Positions 18,479 to 29,132 of a stretch of 64,000 nucleotides of DNA are shown piece after piece (within the stretch, counting starts at the first letter, position 1; each line of letters opens with the position of its first letter). Below the pieces are notes generated by a model, which worked only from the letters and a program-made list of their open reading frames with translations, ran no database searches and was not told the DNA's origin. A program made the translations under genes and the position numbers. The stretch is from an uncultured Desulfobacterales bacterium (lineage in GTDB: Bacteria > Desulfobacterota > Desulfobacteria > Desulfobacterales > CAJINA01): assembly GCA_964636125.1 (NCBI GenBank), contig CAZWPX010000021.1:14045-78044 (forward strand), read 5' to 3'.

Positions 18479-19239
18479 ATTGCACATTTCGGCCCCCAAA
18501 AGTCTATCCTAAGGCAGAAAAACGGGCCGGATCTTATACTATGTTAAAAGTATTCAGTCGGTTGGCTCGGTGCAACCCCGAAGCCTAACTGCAGGCTAAG
18601 CTACGTATAATGGGCGTGTGGACGTTGATGAACCAGTATGTATCGCCGAAAGATTGGCGGTAGATGAAAAAGTAGCTGTCTGGCAGTGTGATATGCGAAA
18701 AATATCAAGTGATATTTGGTAGTTACTGATAATTTGATTTCTGGCAAGGATTCCATAATTATCAGCAGATTGCTTTTCTGGAAATATTTTCAATATACAT
18801 GTAATCCGCATGGCCTGACTGCGATTCGGTGTCACCGGTTCTGAAAAATACCCTATTGGGGCCTTTGGGAGGGATAATGAGTGGGTGAACGTGCTGGCCC
18901 GTAGTCGTGTGTTTATCTTTTCATCCAACCTCACAACCTAATTGTCAAAGTTTGACAAGGCTCCCTCCAACTGATAATATTTCTAAATTATTTTCCACCT
19001 TGCCATAAACCTTAGCTGTCGAGGTTTATATGATCCCAATGATGCTCCAAATATTTAGTACTTAAAATCCCACTTCTCGTATTAAGATGCGGGTTTGTCT
19101 GCATATATACCAGCAACTTCACCAGGTAATGACATCTGCCCTGAATAGAATCCAACCGACTCGCTGGTCCAATATATAAAATCAAGAATAAGATTATTTT
19201 AACAATTGGTTTTGGATGTACCATCCCGGGAGGTAGCCA

Positions 19240-21900
19240 ATGCGCCGAATAATACTGATTGCCGCAATCATCTTTTCATTTCCGTTTATAGTTTATGCTG
19301 AAACGCATACTTTCAATGGCTCTTTGAGTGAAAATTCACCCGTAAACTGGCACAACGTGACAACTTCAAATGATGGGAATTTGGAAATTGCCTTGACCAG
19401 GGACACAACCCTAGGCACTGGTACTATATACGTTTATGACGGGGACAACACCACTCTGATCAACACGACGAGCACAACTGTGATCACCGGCCTGAGAACC
19501 GGCACTTACAATTTTAAAGTAAGCTGGTCTCTCGGATCCGGAAACTATACATTGACAGTGTCTGAAACACCAAGCCCTTATACAAACGACGCAGAACCAA
19601 ACGATGACACCACGCAGGCCATTTATACCACCCTGGCACAAAGTATGACCGGTCACCTCGGTTACAGCTGGGGCGGCAACGGGAATGTCCCCGACGACGT
19701 TGACTGGTGGCAAATTGACCTACCTTCTGACGGCAACCTTGTTTTTGCCGTGGACAAAGCAACGACCCTCGGCGTGACCGTCTCGCTCTATTCAGGTGAT
19801 CAAACCAGTTTGATCCAGACAAACGCCACATCTTCGGTTACAGGGCTGCGCGCTGGAACCTACTATGTGAAAGCTGCGCGTACTACAGGCTATGGTGGCT
19901 ACACACTTACACCCGCACACACCCCTGATGCAGTAACCAACGACGCAGAACCGAACGATACGGCTGCCACCGCAGGTAATGGTAATTTTCCAACTGCTAT
20001 CTCCGGCCATCTGGGATATAGCTGGATGGGAACTGGAGATGTTCCCGATGACGTTGACTGGTGGCAAATTGCCCTGCCTTCTGACGGCAACCTCGTCTTT
20101 GTCGTGGACAAAGCAACAACCCTCGGCGTGACTATTTCTCTTTATGATGGTGATCAAAGCAGTTTAATCCAGACAAACGCTACATCCCTGGTTACCGGGC
20201 TGCGTGCTGGAACCTACTATGTGAATGCTGCACGTACTACAGGCTATGGTGGCTACACCCTCACCGCAACTCATACCGCCCAGCCTGCCGCCAATGATAC
20301 GGAACCCAATGATACCGGTCCGGTAGCGGTCCTTACGGAACGAACCGGCACTGTCACCGGCCACCTGGGATACAATTGGGGCGGGACAGGCGACAACCCG
20401 GATATCACCGATTTCTGGAAAATGGATATCCCCCGCACCGGTGACCTGACAATTGATATTACCAGAGACACTTCATTAGGAATGAGTAACCCAACGGTAT
20501 TCGCACACGACCTTTCAACAAGTCTTTTTAGCGGCATGAGCGGTACCGTCACGAATGTCCCGGCAGGGGCCATTTACATTAAGTTCGATCGGAGCAGTGG
20601 GACGGGTGCCTATACAATGACAACCTCCTTTGCTATCTCCAACACGGCCCCTACAATTGAGGGTAATCCAACGCTGTCGATAAATGAAGACCTCGCATAC
20701 AACTTTACACCGGTCGCAGATGATACTGACGTGGGCGACACATTGACTTTCAGCATCACGAACAAGCCTGCCTGGGCGAATTTCGATACCACTACTGGAA
20801 TTTTGTCGGGAACACCTGGCAATGACGATGTGGGCACCACCAACAATATCGTTATCATTGTTACAGATAGTATTGGCGACAGCGCGTCATTGCCTGCCTT
20901 TGCTATTGAAGTAATCAATGTGAACGATCCACCTTCTATCACCGGCACGCCTGGCAATGTCATCAATGAGGGAGCTACCTACAGTTTTACCCCGACTGCG
21001 AACGATATAGATGTTGGTGATGTCGTTGTTTTCAGTATAGCGAACAAACCTGCCTGGCTGACTTTTGATACGACAACCGGCACATTGACCGGGACCGCGG
21101 GTGGAACGGATATAGGTACTACGTCGGGTATTGTGATTAGCGCCACAGATGGAACGCTGAGCGCTCAGTTGCCGGCATTTGATTTGTCGGTGATGGGATC
21201 AGCCTCCATATCTTCAAAGGTAACCATAGACATTGCCGGGCACGATGATCTGCCGGTCACCAATGCGACGGTTTCCATAGTAGGAACAAGTTATTCAGCC
21301 ATGACAGACAGCAATGGAGATTTTTCTTTTTTCGGTATCCCCTCCGGCACCTACACTGTAAATATCACGGCCCCAGATATTGGAACGTTCAGCCAGTCAG
21401 TTGTGCTGGCTGCTGGAGAAGTTTTAAGCCTCACGCCAATCCCGTTGGCAGTGGAAAGCGGCGCGTATACCGCGGAAGAATTACATCAGGCAGTCCTGGC
21501 TGAAAGAAGTAAATATGATCCGAATGGGGACGGTAAAGTCGGTCTGGAAGAAGCGCTTAATGCTCTGCAGGTTGTCGCTGGCGTAAGGCCTGAGATCACG
21601 CACCTGAACAACTCGATAGTGGGTAGCTGGGGATCCGGATATATGGACGGCCAGTATTTAAGCCTGACCTTTTATCCTAACGGGTACTATATTGTCTATC
21701 ATAACGGCGTCGAGTATGGAACTTATACCCACGACAATTCATCAGGAGAAATTACTGTTAACGTTCTTCAAGACGACAATGGCCAGTATGGTTTAGCGGA
21801 CTCGGGGACGCCTTATCAAGATACCTTGATTGTCACGGGTGATACGCTGAATGTCTACCAGGGGGGTGAACTTGATGCCTCCTTTGAAAGAGTGAAGTAA
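19240..21900 (+). CDS. Secreted protein with 4 x pre-peptidase-C-terminal (PPC)-like modules, 2 x Ig-like (He_PIG/cadherin-like) domains, a CarboxypepD_reg-like domain, a single dockerin-like segment and a C-terminal domain
   Basis: Signal peptide MRRIILIAAIIFSFPFIVYA after RBS GGGAGG. The PPC module NDAEPND...GHLGYSW.G.G.VPDDVDWWQI.LPSDGNLVF occurs 4 times. Ig-like stretches FSITNKPAWANFDTTTGILSGTPGNDDVGT and FSIANKPAWLTFDTTTGTLTGTAGGTDIGT. CarboxypepD_reg-like stretch TDSNGDFSFFGIPSGTYTVNI. Dockerin-like segment DPNGDGKVGLEEALNALQVVAGVR. Confidence 0.8.
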   Translation: MRRIILIAAIIFSFPFIVYAETHTFNGSLSENSPVNWHNVTTSNDGNLEIALTRDTTLGTGTIYVYDGDNTTLINTTSTTVITGLRTGTYNFKVSWSLGSGNYTLTVSETPSPYTNDAEPNDDTTQAIYTTLAQSMTGHLGYSWGGNGNVPDDVDWWQIDLPSDGNLVFAVDKATTLGVTVSLYSGDQTSLIQTNATSSVTGLRAGTYYVKAARTTGYGGYTLTPAHTPDAVTNDAEPNDTAATAGNGNFPTAISGHLGYSWMGTGDVPDDVDWWQIALPSDGNLVFVVDKATTLGVTISLYDGDQSSLIQTNATSLVTGLRAGTYYVNAARTTGYGGYTLTATHTAQPAANDTEPNDTGPVAVLTERTGTVTGHLGYNWGGTGDNPDITDFWKMDIPRTGDLTIDITRDTSLGMSNPTVFAHDLSTSLFSGMSGTVTNVPAGAIYIKFDRSSGTGAYTMTTSFAISNTAPTIEGNPTLSINEDLAYNFTPVADDTDVGDTLTFSITNKPAWANFDTTTGILSGTPGNDDVGTTNNIVIIVTDSIGDSASLPAFAIEVINVNDPPSITGTPGNVINEGATYSFTPTANDIDVGDVVVFSIANKPAWLTFDTTTGTLTGTAGGTDIGTTSGIVISATDGTLSAQLPAFDLSVMGSASISSKVTIDIAGHDDLPVTNATVSIVGTSYSAMTDSNGDFSFFGIPSGTYTVNITAPDIGTFSQSVVLAAGEVLSLTPIPLAVESGAYTAEELHQAVLAERSKYDPNGDGKVGLEEALNALQVVAGVRPEITHLNNSIVGSWGSGYMDGQYLSLTFYPNGYYIVYHNGVEYGTYTHDNSSGEITVNVLQDDNGQYGLADSGTPYQDTLIVTGDTLNVYQGGELDASFERVK

Positions 21901-22247
21901 GTTTCAGTAAACCGATCAAAACACGTGATTTTTTGACGAAATCTTGATTCTGAGTTGACGGTCAATGGTATCGATTCCAATGTGAAATCTTCATTTTGAA
22001 ACCTGTGATTCACTCGACAAATCTGTACAAAGCACTGATACAATTTGCTACTAAAAATCGTAAGGCGCAGAAATAATTTGATATATTGTCTTTTTGGCAA
22101 GATACATGTCGCCAGAACTCATTTTCTTTACATGCAACATTTAGTGTTTGATAGCTCGGTATCTGCGCCCAAATTTCACACATATGCATATTGCTGTGAG
22201 CACTCCTAACAACACTTTAAACACGAGTTATTAAAAGGAGACTTGTA

Positions 22248-22388
22248 ATGAAGATCGTCACCATTCTGGGTAACCCGCGAAAAAAGGGCAACACTACAAA
22301 AGTACTCTCAATGTTTGAAATTGATTTAATAGATAATTACAGGGGATGGCAAGTATCAAACGAAACTGTGGATTGGATTAATATCTAA
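22248..22388 (+). pseudogene. N-terminal fragment (46 aa) of a flavodoxin-like NAD(P)H-dependent FMN reductase or iron-sulfur flavoprotein
   Basis: MKIVTILGNPRKKGNTTKVLSMFE matches the typical family N-terminus MKI..I.GSPRK.GNT, and the ORF then terminates early. The RBS AAAGGAG is present. Confidence 0.5.
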
Positions 22389-22389
22389 A

Positions 22390-22824
22390 ATGACCAATAG
22401 CGAACATTACACAAAATTGGAAAATATGATGCATTCCGCACCTTTCGTGCAACTGACCGGCGCCAAAGTTTCTATCAAAAAAGGTGTGGCTCAGATCACG
22501 CTTCCCATTAAGAAAGATTTCCATCATGCAGCGGGTGCCATGCATGGGGCCTTATATTTTCTGGCATTAGACAATGCGGCATTTTTTGCTGTTAATTCGC
22601 TGATCGAAGATGTTTTTGTATTAACAACCAGCTTTACAACCTATATTACTCGCCCGGTATCGGAGGGAGTTGTAAAAGCAACCGGCAAAGTTGTAAATCA
22701 GAATCGTTCCCAGTTTATAGCAGAATCGGTTTTGTTTGATTCAAACGGCAAAGAGATCGCGAGAGCTAACGGAATTTTTGTGAGAAGTAAAATCCCATTA
22801 TCAGCTAAAATTGGTTATCGGTAA
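22390..22824 (+). CDS. PaaI/hotdog-fold thioesterase family protein
   Basis: 144 aa. The motif HHAAGAMHGALYFLALDNAAFFAV is typical of the PaaI / uncharacterized-domain-1 family. Confidence 0.65.
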   Translation: MTNSEHYTKLENMMHSAPFVQLTGAKVSIKKGVAQITLPIKKDFHHAAGAMHGALYFLALDNAAFFAVNSLIEDVFVLTTSFTTYITRPVSEGVVKATGKVVNQNRSQFIAESVLFDSNGKEIARANGIFVRSKIPLSAKIGYR

Positions 22825-22909
22825 TTATTCGGCACAAGTTTTAACAAGAGTATCAGGCAAATTAAGCGGAGGGTAATCAAGAAATATTTTTTGTGTAGGA
22901 GTACCCATA

Positions 22910-24581
22910 ATGAGGGCAATTTTGCGAACGATACTATTATGTTTTCTTCTATTATTGCTTGCACCAAACTTAGTTTTGACAAACAAGCCATGTAGTACCT
23001 TATTTGCAGATACTTTGGTTCTGCAAAAAGAAACCACAACATTAGTAGAGCCTCCCATAACAGAGCCTCCCATAAGGTTTAATTTATTCTACAAATAACG
23101 GTGATTATTGGACTTATTGTGGTGAAATTATTAGGCCACAAGAAGATACATTAAATATTGGCGGTGTTCCTTATCTCGTAGTAGGAGATTATTTCTATGT
23201 ATATTTTAATGAAAACCCCATTTCTTATGAAAGAGGAATTAGTGTAGCGAGAGCAAAAGTAAATGATGTGCTAAGCGCAGCTGCTGTTGGGGAGGTAATA
23301 GCATGGCATAAATACAATAGCGGAACGTGGACACAAGATGGTTTGGTTGGTGTTGGCAGTAATATAATAACTGATATCGTAACCACTGGATATTATTATG
23401 ATGTTCATTCCGATGCAGCTTATAATAGAACGCTCGGAAAGTATATGCTGACTGTTCAAACTCATAGCTTGGGACAGTTACTTATTTATTTTTCTATTGA
23501 TGGTATTAACTGGGGGGATAGAGTTGTTATTGATGAAACTGATGAGAATAATTTTATACAAGCATACTCATTTTTTGCCGGTCTTATTGATGCCACCGAT
23601 GATAGTCGTGAGGTTGGTAATGAATTTTATATCATATTTCCAAGAAAAGATTGGCCGGATCATTATAATTATGATGAATTATATCGCCGTTTAATAACAA
23701 TTGGTTTTGAAACTATTCCAATTTTAGCAAGACTTAGAGCTTGTGATAAAAACATATTTTATAATGAATTTAGTTCAGTTCAGGGACAAAACCATTGGTA
23801 TTATCAATACAAGACTGCGAATACCTATACTAACATGGTTTGGGATAATAGTAATAATAGATGGATGGGAAACGAGATCCATGTACTTATTGCTGATCAC
23901 TGGATTCATCCAGGGAATGATGCGGACGCAACATTAAAATGGATCGCTCCGAAAAGCGGGTCAATTAGCATAGAAGGCACCGCGGCTCATACACAAACTG
24001 GTTGTACTACCGATGATAGCGTTGAGGTAAGGGTTCTTCATGGAAATATTGAGATATGGTCGCAAACATTAGGTATGACAGGTAGTGGTACCCACAATCT
24101 CACGCGATTAAGAATGCAGCAACTTAAAAGAAAGCAAAACGCTCAGATCATGACTGCATCAGTTGATACAACTCTAACAGGCAACAAAGCCATAACAAGA
24201 GATGGAAATTTCGAGAGACTGTCTAATGGGATAGTTTATGATCATAAAACAGGTCTTGAATGGTATGTTGGTTCCGATGAAGATACGAACTGGTTCGAGG
24301 CTAATCAGTGGTTAAAAAACATAGAGATTGACGGAGGTGATTGGCACCTACCTACTATAGCTGAAATTCAGACTCTTTATGATAAGGGGAAGGGTACACG
24401 CAACATGTCACCTTTGTTCAAAACGACAGGGTATTATGTTTGGTCTAAAACAGCTGTCTTTGTAAATGCTGGTATGAAATCTTACGAGAATTATAACTTC
24501 CGTGGCCGTGGTGTCAGGGCAGAGAGTATGCCGACGGTAAGCAATAAAATGCGAGCTTTTGCAGTTCGTAGCCACAGATAA
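22910..24581 (+). pseudogene. Frameshifted gene for a secreted protein with a C-terminal DUF1566 (Lcl C-terminal) domain
   Basis: The signal-peptide ORF 22910..23098 (MRAILRTILLCFLLLLLAPNLVLT) overlaps the main frame, which is open from 23076. The main frame has no in-frame ATG or GTG before 23268, although the sequence upstream of 23268 looks protein-like. DUF1566 hallmarks are GLEWYVGSDEDTNWFEANQW ... WHLPTIAEIQTLYD. Confidence 0.55.
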
Positions 24582-25075
24582 ACAACCCTGCCACACCACT
24601 TGCTCAGCCCCCTGCTATAACCTATATCGCAGAGGGACTTCGCCATGCCCCGCCCTGATGACCTTGCACTGCCACCGTACCTGCAAGAGACCATGGAACT
24701 GTGTGAGGGGGGGCGGCATTATGAGCCGGTGAGTGTGTACATGAGGGGAGACTGATGCACTGAATTGACCTAATCTGTCATGTCCCAATATCTTGTGTTT
24801 TTTCACAATTTATATCAGTTGCTACAGACAAGAGCAGTATCGGGTTCCCGGCAGACTGCAATTTTTATTATGCAGTGCAATATTTGTTTTGCAGGTTGTG
24901 CATCCATACCATTGATTCGACTGAGGTTGTATTTTCTTCACCCCCCTTAAACCATTTGAATCTATGGAATTTTATAAAAACGACTGGTTGGCCCGATTTT
25001 TGCGGGTTGTACAATTTAAACCTTCAACACTGGCGCAGACGAAAAATCCAACCAGAACATTGATAAAGGAGGCAG

Positions 25076-26125
25076 ATGATGAAAACTGTCGTTACCGGAT
25101 CAACTGGAAGAGTTGGTGGAAACCTCGTTAAGCGGCTATGCGATAATGGGCATGATGTCACTGCCTGCCTGCGGCCGAATGACAGGGATGAAGATAAATT
25201 AGACGGGATGAAGTTAAGAAAAGCCCATATTGATATTCTGGACACTGACGGTATGAAGGAGATTATCAAGGATGCCAATATCGTAATTCACACCGCTGGC
25301 GTCCACGAAACATTACTCTCAGAGATACCTGATTATAATTTCTTCGATATAAATGTGAAGGGGATGTTCAATGTCCTTGAGGGAATTCGATACAGCGGCA
25401 GGGATACCCACCTGATTTGTCTATCCAGCTCGGCCGTGTACGACGTGTTCACGGCTCACGGCTCACCGATTGACGAGAATCATGAGCAAAAACCCCTAAC
25501 GTTATATGGCATGACGAAAATTCTTGTTGAGGAGCAGGCCCGCCAGTACGAATGGCAATATGGCATACCCACGACGATTCTGCGGCCAAATTACATTGTT
25601 GCCGGACCTGAAATGCTGGATGCGTTTAACTATACGGTTGTCTTTGATGTTCTGGATAAATACGCTGAAAAAAGCAAAACCCAATTGTATGCCCCCGATG
25701 CACCCAACGCCTGGATGGACGTAAAGACCAACGCAAACATGGATAGAGAGACGCTCTGTATTCCCAGATCCCCTGAAGGTGATGCATGGCAATGGCACAT
25801 GGTGGATGTGAGGGATGTTATTGGTTTAATCGAAAAATGCCTGGGAAACGAGGCTGCTTACGGTAAAACCTTCAATGTTGCCGGTGCGGATATCTGCGAT
25901 TGGTCCATAGTTGTTCCCTATATTGCCGAAAAAACCGGGCGTAAAATTGTCGATGTTGAGATCCCCAATCTGTGGCAGTACAGTTTTGATCAATCGCTGT
26001 CGCAGGATATTCTCGGATTTGTTTCGCAATATGATCATTATGCAATGGTGGATGTGGCCGTAGCAATGAGCAACAATGAAAATGTGGGTATTATTCCTGG
26101 GGAAATGTACCCACTATCCGGTTGA
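25076..26125 (+). CDS. NAD-dependent epimerase/dehydratase (extended SDR) family protein
   Basis: RBS AAGGAGG. Rossmann motif VVTGSTGRVGGNLVKRL. Catalytic YGMTK (YxxxK). Confidence 0.85.
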   Translation: MMKTVVTGSTGRVGGNLVKRLCDNGHDVTACLRPNDRDEDKLDGMKLRKAHIDILDTDGMKEIIKDANIVIHTAGVHETLLSEIPDYNFFDINVKGMFNVLEGIRYSGRDTHLICLSSSAVYDVFTAHGSPIDENHEQKPLTLYGMTKILVEEQARQYEWQYGIPTTILRPNYIVAGPEMLDAFNYTVVFDVLDKYAEKSKTQLYAPDAPNAWMDVKTNANMDRETLCIPRSPEGDAWQWHMVDVRDVIGLIEKCLGNEAAYGKTFNVAGADICDWSIVVPYIAEKTGRKIVDVEIPNLWQYSFDQSLSQDILGFVSQYDHYAMVDVAVAMSNNENVGIIPGEMYPLSG

Positions 26126-26287
26126 CAGGGATGTTGGACTCATGAGGGCCGTGAAATGACCTGCAATCAGCCACGCCCGCATGGAACCACACTGTTTCAA
26201 ATCACAAAACTTTTGTGATATTGATATGTTTGCATGACTATAAAGATAGCGCTTGTCAAGAAAGATCCCTATAATAAGGAGTAAGAT

Positions 26288-26761
26288 ATGTTCGCCAGGG
26301 ACTTTATGGACACCCAGTTTCATACCCTTCATCCACAGCAAAACATTGCTGAGGCAGTCTCAACTTTTCAGAAAGCCTCAGAAAGCGAAGAGAAAAATAT
26401 CTTTGGCATGATTGTAACCGACGACGAAGATCGACTGGTAGGCATGCTCTCCATGTACGACATTCTGAACTATGTGCAACCCAAACATGTGGCCATTTTC
26501 GGTGAAATGGAAGATCTGGATCCCGAGCAGGTTTACAGGAATCAGTCAAAGACCACCCGGTCCATTCTCGTTGACGACATCATGACCACCGAGGTGGTCA
26601 CAGCCCGGCCGGATACACACCTGATGATCATTGCAGAGATCATGATCAAAAAGCACATCCGGCGGATCCCTGTGATAAAGGATCAAACGGTAGTGGGTAT
26701 CGTCTATGTTTCGGACGTGTTCTATCGGTTGATGACCATGTTTTCATCGGAGCATGCGTGA
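26288..26761 (+). CDS. CBS-domain pair protein
   Basis: 157 aa with two CBS-like units (...ARDFMDTQFHTLHP... and VDDIMTTEVVTARPD...IRRIPVIKDQTVVGIVYVSD). RBS AAGGAG. Confidence 0.8.
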   Translation: MFARDFMDTQFHTLHPQQNIAEAVSTFQKASESEEKNIFGMIVTDDEDRLVGMLSMYDILNYVQPKHVAIFGEMEDLDPEQVYRNQSKTTRSILVDDIMTTEVVTARPDTHLMIIAEIMIKKHIRRIPVIKDQTVVGIVYVSDVFYRLMTMFSSEHA

Positions 26762-26821
26762 CAGGAGGGCCTTTCAGCTAATCAGCAGGTTTCTTAGTAA
26801 CACTCTGGAGAAACGTGATAT

Positions 26822-27718
26822 ATGCCCTTATTTGAAACACGCCGCGTATTCAGCGACATTCCCGTGGCAGAAGCCATGCGGCGACAGGTAGTCAGGCTAC
26901 CCTGTTCAAATGATATTGGACAGGGTATTCGGATGATGATCCGGTTCAAGGTCAACGCCGTGTTGCTCACCGACAACAGCGTCCCCTGTGGCGTGGTGTC
27001 TAAAACGGACCTCATGAGCGCCCTATATGCAGAACTCCCGACAAAAACCCCGCTGTACAACGTGATGGGCAGTCAGCCGATTGCTTGTTTTCCTGACGAT
27101 TCGGTGGAAGACGTCTTGGAGATCATGGAGGCCGCTGGTGTGCATCGACTTTACGTCACTGGAGCAAACCGGGAGGAGGTCATCGGCACGGTGGCCTATT
27201 CGGACATCGTAGGGTTGCTCTACCGGTACTGCCGGGCCTGCAAATACGGAACCGCAAATAAACGGGAAAAACTTTCCGGGATCAATCCGTCAGCACGTCT
27301 TACCGTGAAGGAAGTCATGACGCAGGACGTGTGGACTTGCCAGGACAACGATAATCTTTTCACGGTCATCGATACCTTGTCCATCCAACACCTGGGCGCC
27401 GTTCTCGTAAAAGACGATGCCCAATCCTCTGTCGGCATCATATCAAAGACCGATCTCATCGTCGCCTACCACCACGGTGTGCCTGCTGAGACTGAAGCAC
27501 GGGAAATCATGAACACACCGGTTCATTCCGTTCCGGCCGATGCGCTTTTGTCTATAGCCCTCCAGCAGATGTTGGTCAGGGGCGTCCAACGCTTGTTCGT
27601 CCATCGCGAAGATTCCGGTCCGGATTTTATCACCGGCGTGCTGGCACTTTCCGACTCCGCCCGCTTCCGCTCAGGCTCGTGCCGCGCCTGCTCCGCCGGT
27701 CGGATGCTAACCCAGTAG
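26822..27718 (+). CDS. Protein with two CBS pairs, each followed by a Cys motif (CRACKYG and CRACSAG)
   Basis: CBS signatures VAEAMRRQVVRL, LYNVMGSQPIACFPDD, VKEVMTQDVWTC and AREIMNTPVHSV. YRYCRACKYGT follows pair 1 and RSGSCRACSAGR follows pair 2. Confidence 0.8.
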   Translation: MPLFETRRVFSDIPVAEAMRRQVVRLPCSNDIGQGIRMMIRFKVNAVLLTDNSVPCGVVSKTDLMSALYAELPTKTPLYNVMGSQPIACFPDDSVEDVLEIMEAAGVHRLYVTGANREEVIGTVAYSDIVGLLYRYCRACKYGTANKREKLSGINPSARLTVKEVMTQDVWTCQDNDNLFTVIDTLSIQHLGAVLVKDDAQSSVGIISKTDLIVAYHHGVPAETEAREIMNTPVHSVPADALLSIALQQMLVRGVQRLFVHREDSGPDFITGVLALSDSARFRSGSCRACSAGRMLTQ

Positions 27719-27862
27719 CTATCTTGGGGTCAGATAATAAAGATAGCAGATTCGTGAGTTCGAAATAATATCAATAGAAATACCTATTGTACCCTTTCAA
27801 AAGTGGCATCAAGTACACAAGGCTTTGGCTGACAGGGAATCAAATATCCGCAGTGCAAAGGC

Positions 27863-27902
27863 AAAAAAGGGCCATCGCTCAGATTGTGCGATGGCCCTTT
27901 TT
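27863..27902. terminator. Bidirectional rho-independent terminator between convergent genes
   Basis: A6 run, then stem GGGCCATCGC (27869-27878), a 9-nt loop, GCGATGGCCC (27888-27897) and a T5 run. It lies between the ends of the + strand CBS gene and the - strand DUF1566 gene. Confidence 0.7.
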
Positions 27903-28059
27903 GTTCTTGGTTTTGATTTCTACCCTGTCAAGGTGTAGATCTGCTCCCTTTATCTTGCCTCTTTTCTTTTGAGGTCTTATAGCCCGGTTTTAAATCGGAT
28001 AGTTTTTGATAAGCGTTTGTCAAGTCAAAGGTTTTTGTTGCGAATAGCGCAAAATGTGT

Positions 28060-29082
28060 TCAATTGGCGCTGCGAACCGGCCATGCATACGTAAGTTCCG
28101 TGGTCTGTTCGGTGAACGTCACTATCCCGAAGTTGCTTGAAAGCAACCATTTCCATTCCTGACCGGGAGGACCCGATCCCGGCGCCGTGGTACTCGACCA
28201 GTAGTCCACTGGATTTAACCCGGTAAATGGATGACCTGCGGGGAGCGCCGGTCCAACATTCTGGAAATCAATCAGGCTCTGCAGTTCTCTGATATTCGGC
28301 AGCCGCCAGTCGGTTTGATGGCTGCTGCCATTGCTGGTGTCACCGCAGACCTTGCCGTTCATTGTACCGTCCGTATTCAATTGGGCAACGTCACCCATGG
28401 CAGTCGGCCAATCGCGGGCGGATTCCGGACAATTTGCCTTTTTCAGCCAGATCAGCCCGGTGAGGTGGTCCGTCACCGTACCGTCCCCGTTGTCCGTGAA
28501 ACGGGGGTCCGGCCAGGCTACCCCTGCCTGCAGCGCACCATCATCTCCAGCCGCATAAGATGTTGTCTGCCCTGTTTTTGCCACCGGTGCCCCGGGCGTA
28601 GGTGCGCCTGATGCTTGAGATGGGTCGGTAAACAGGTAAAAGCGCTCGACGGGAATTGAGACGCGCCCGTCCGACGCCTTTTTTTCGGCCAGGAAGCGGA
28701 CATCCGGATTGTTGACAATGAGTTCAAGTGCTGTATCCGCAAGTTGGGTGGGATCGCCCATCAAACTTAGAAAAGTCGCTTCACCAATTGTAAAAACGCC
28801 ACCCGGGTCGACCGATCCTATTGATTGTCCCGTGAAAGATCCTTCCGTCCCGTCCGCGAGGGTCCAAAATGCGTTGGCTTTGACCGTCATGGGGGCGGCC
28901 CCCGGATTGGCCAATTTCATCCAGCTTATAAAACCGGTTGTATTGAATGTCATGGGTGCCACGACCAGTCTTGCGCCCCACATCGCGGGCGGAGCAGCAG
29001 GCTCGCTTGCCCTGAGTTTGACCGGCACGAGAAGCATGAACGCTGCAGTAATTAAAATTGTGATATGATTAAATTTATGCAT
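28060..29082 (-). CDS. Secreted protein with a C-terminal DUF1566 (Lcl C-terminal) domain
   Basis: Signal peptide MHKFNHITILITAAFMLLVPVKLRA. DUF1566 hallmarks TGLIWLKKANCPESARDWPTAM ... DWRLPNIRELQSLIDF ... YWSSTT. RBS AGGAGGG. The gene lies 50 nt downstream of the preceding gene. Confidence 0.75.
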   Translation of the reverse strand: MHKFNHITILITAAFMLLVPVKLRASEPAAPPAMWGARLVVAPMTFNTTGFISWMKLANPGAAPMTVKANAFWTLADGTEGSFTGQSIGSVDPGGVFTIGEATFLSLMGDPTQLADTALELIVNNPDVRFLAEKKASDGRVSIPVERFYLFTDPSQASGAPTPGAPVAKTGQTTSYAAGDDGALQAGVAWPDPRFTDNGDGTVTDHLTGLIWLKKANCPESARDWPTAMGDVAQLNTDGTMNGKVCGDTSNGSSHQTDWRLPNIRELQSLIDFQNVGPALPAGHPFTGLNPVDYWSSTTAPGSGPPGQEWKWLLSSNFGIVTFTEQTTELTYAWPVRSAN

Positions 29083-29132
29083 GAAGCCCTCCTAAATGTC
29101 AGTTGGGTACTTTGCTGTTAGTGTTGCTCTAT

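Noticed and set aside
18479-19239. About 760 nt without a credible gene, examined for an ncRNA, a group II intron or IS ends
   Set aside because: I found no conserved intron domain V-like hairpin, no terminal inverted repeats and no structured motif I could name. The - strand ORFs here (18596..18934, 19012..19224) lack an RBS and have odd composition.
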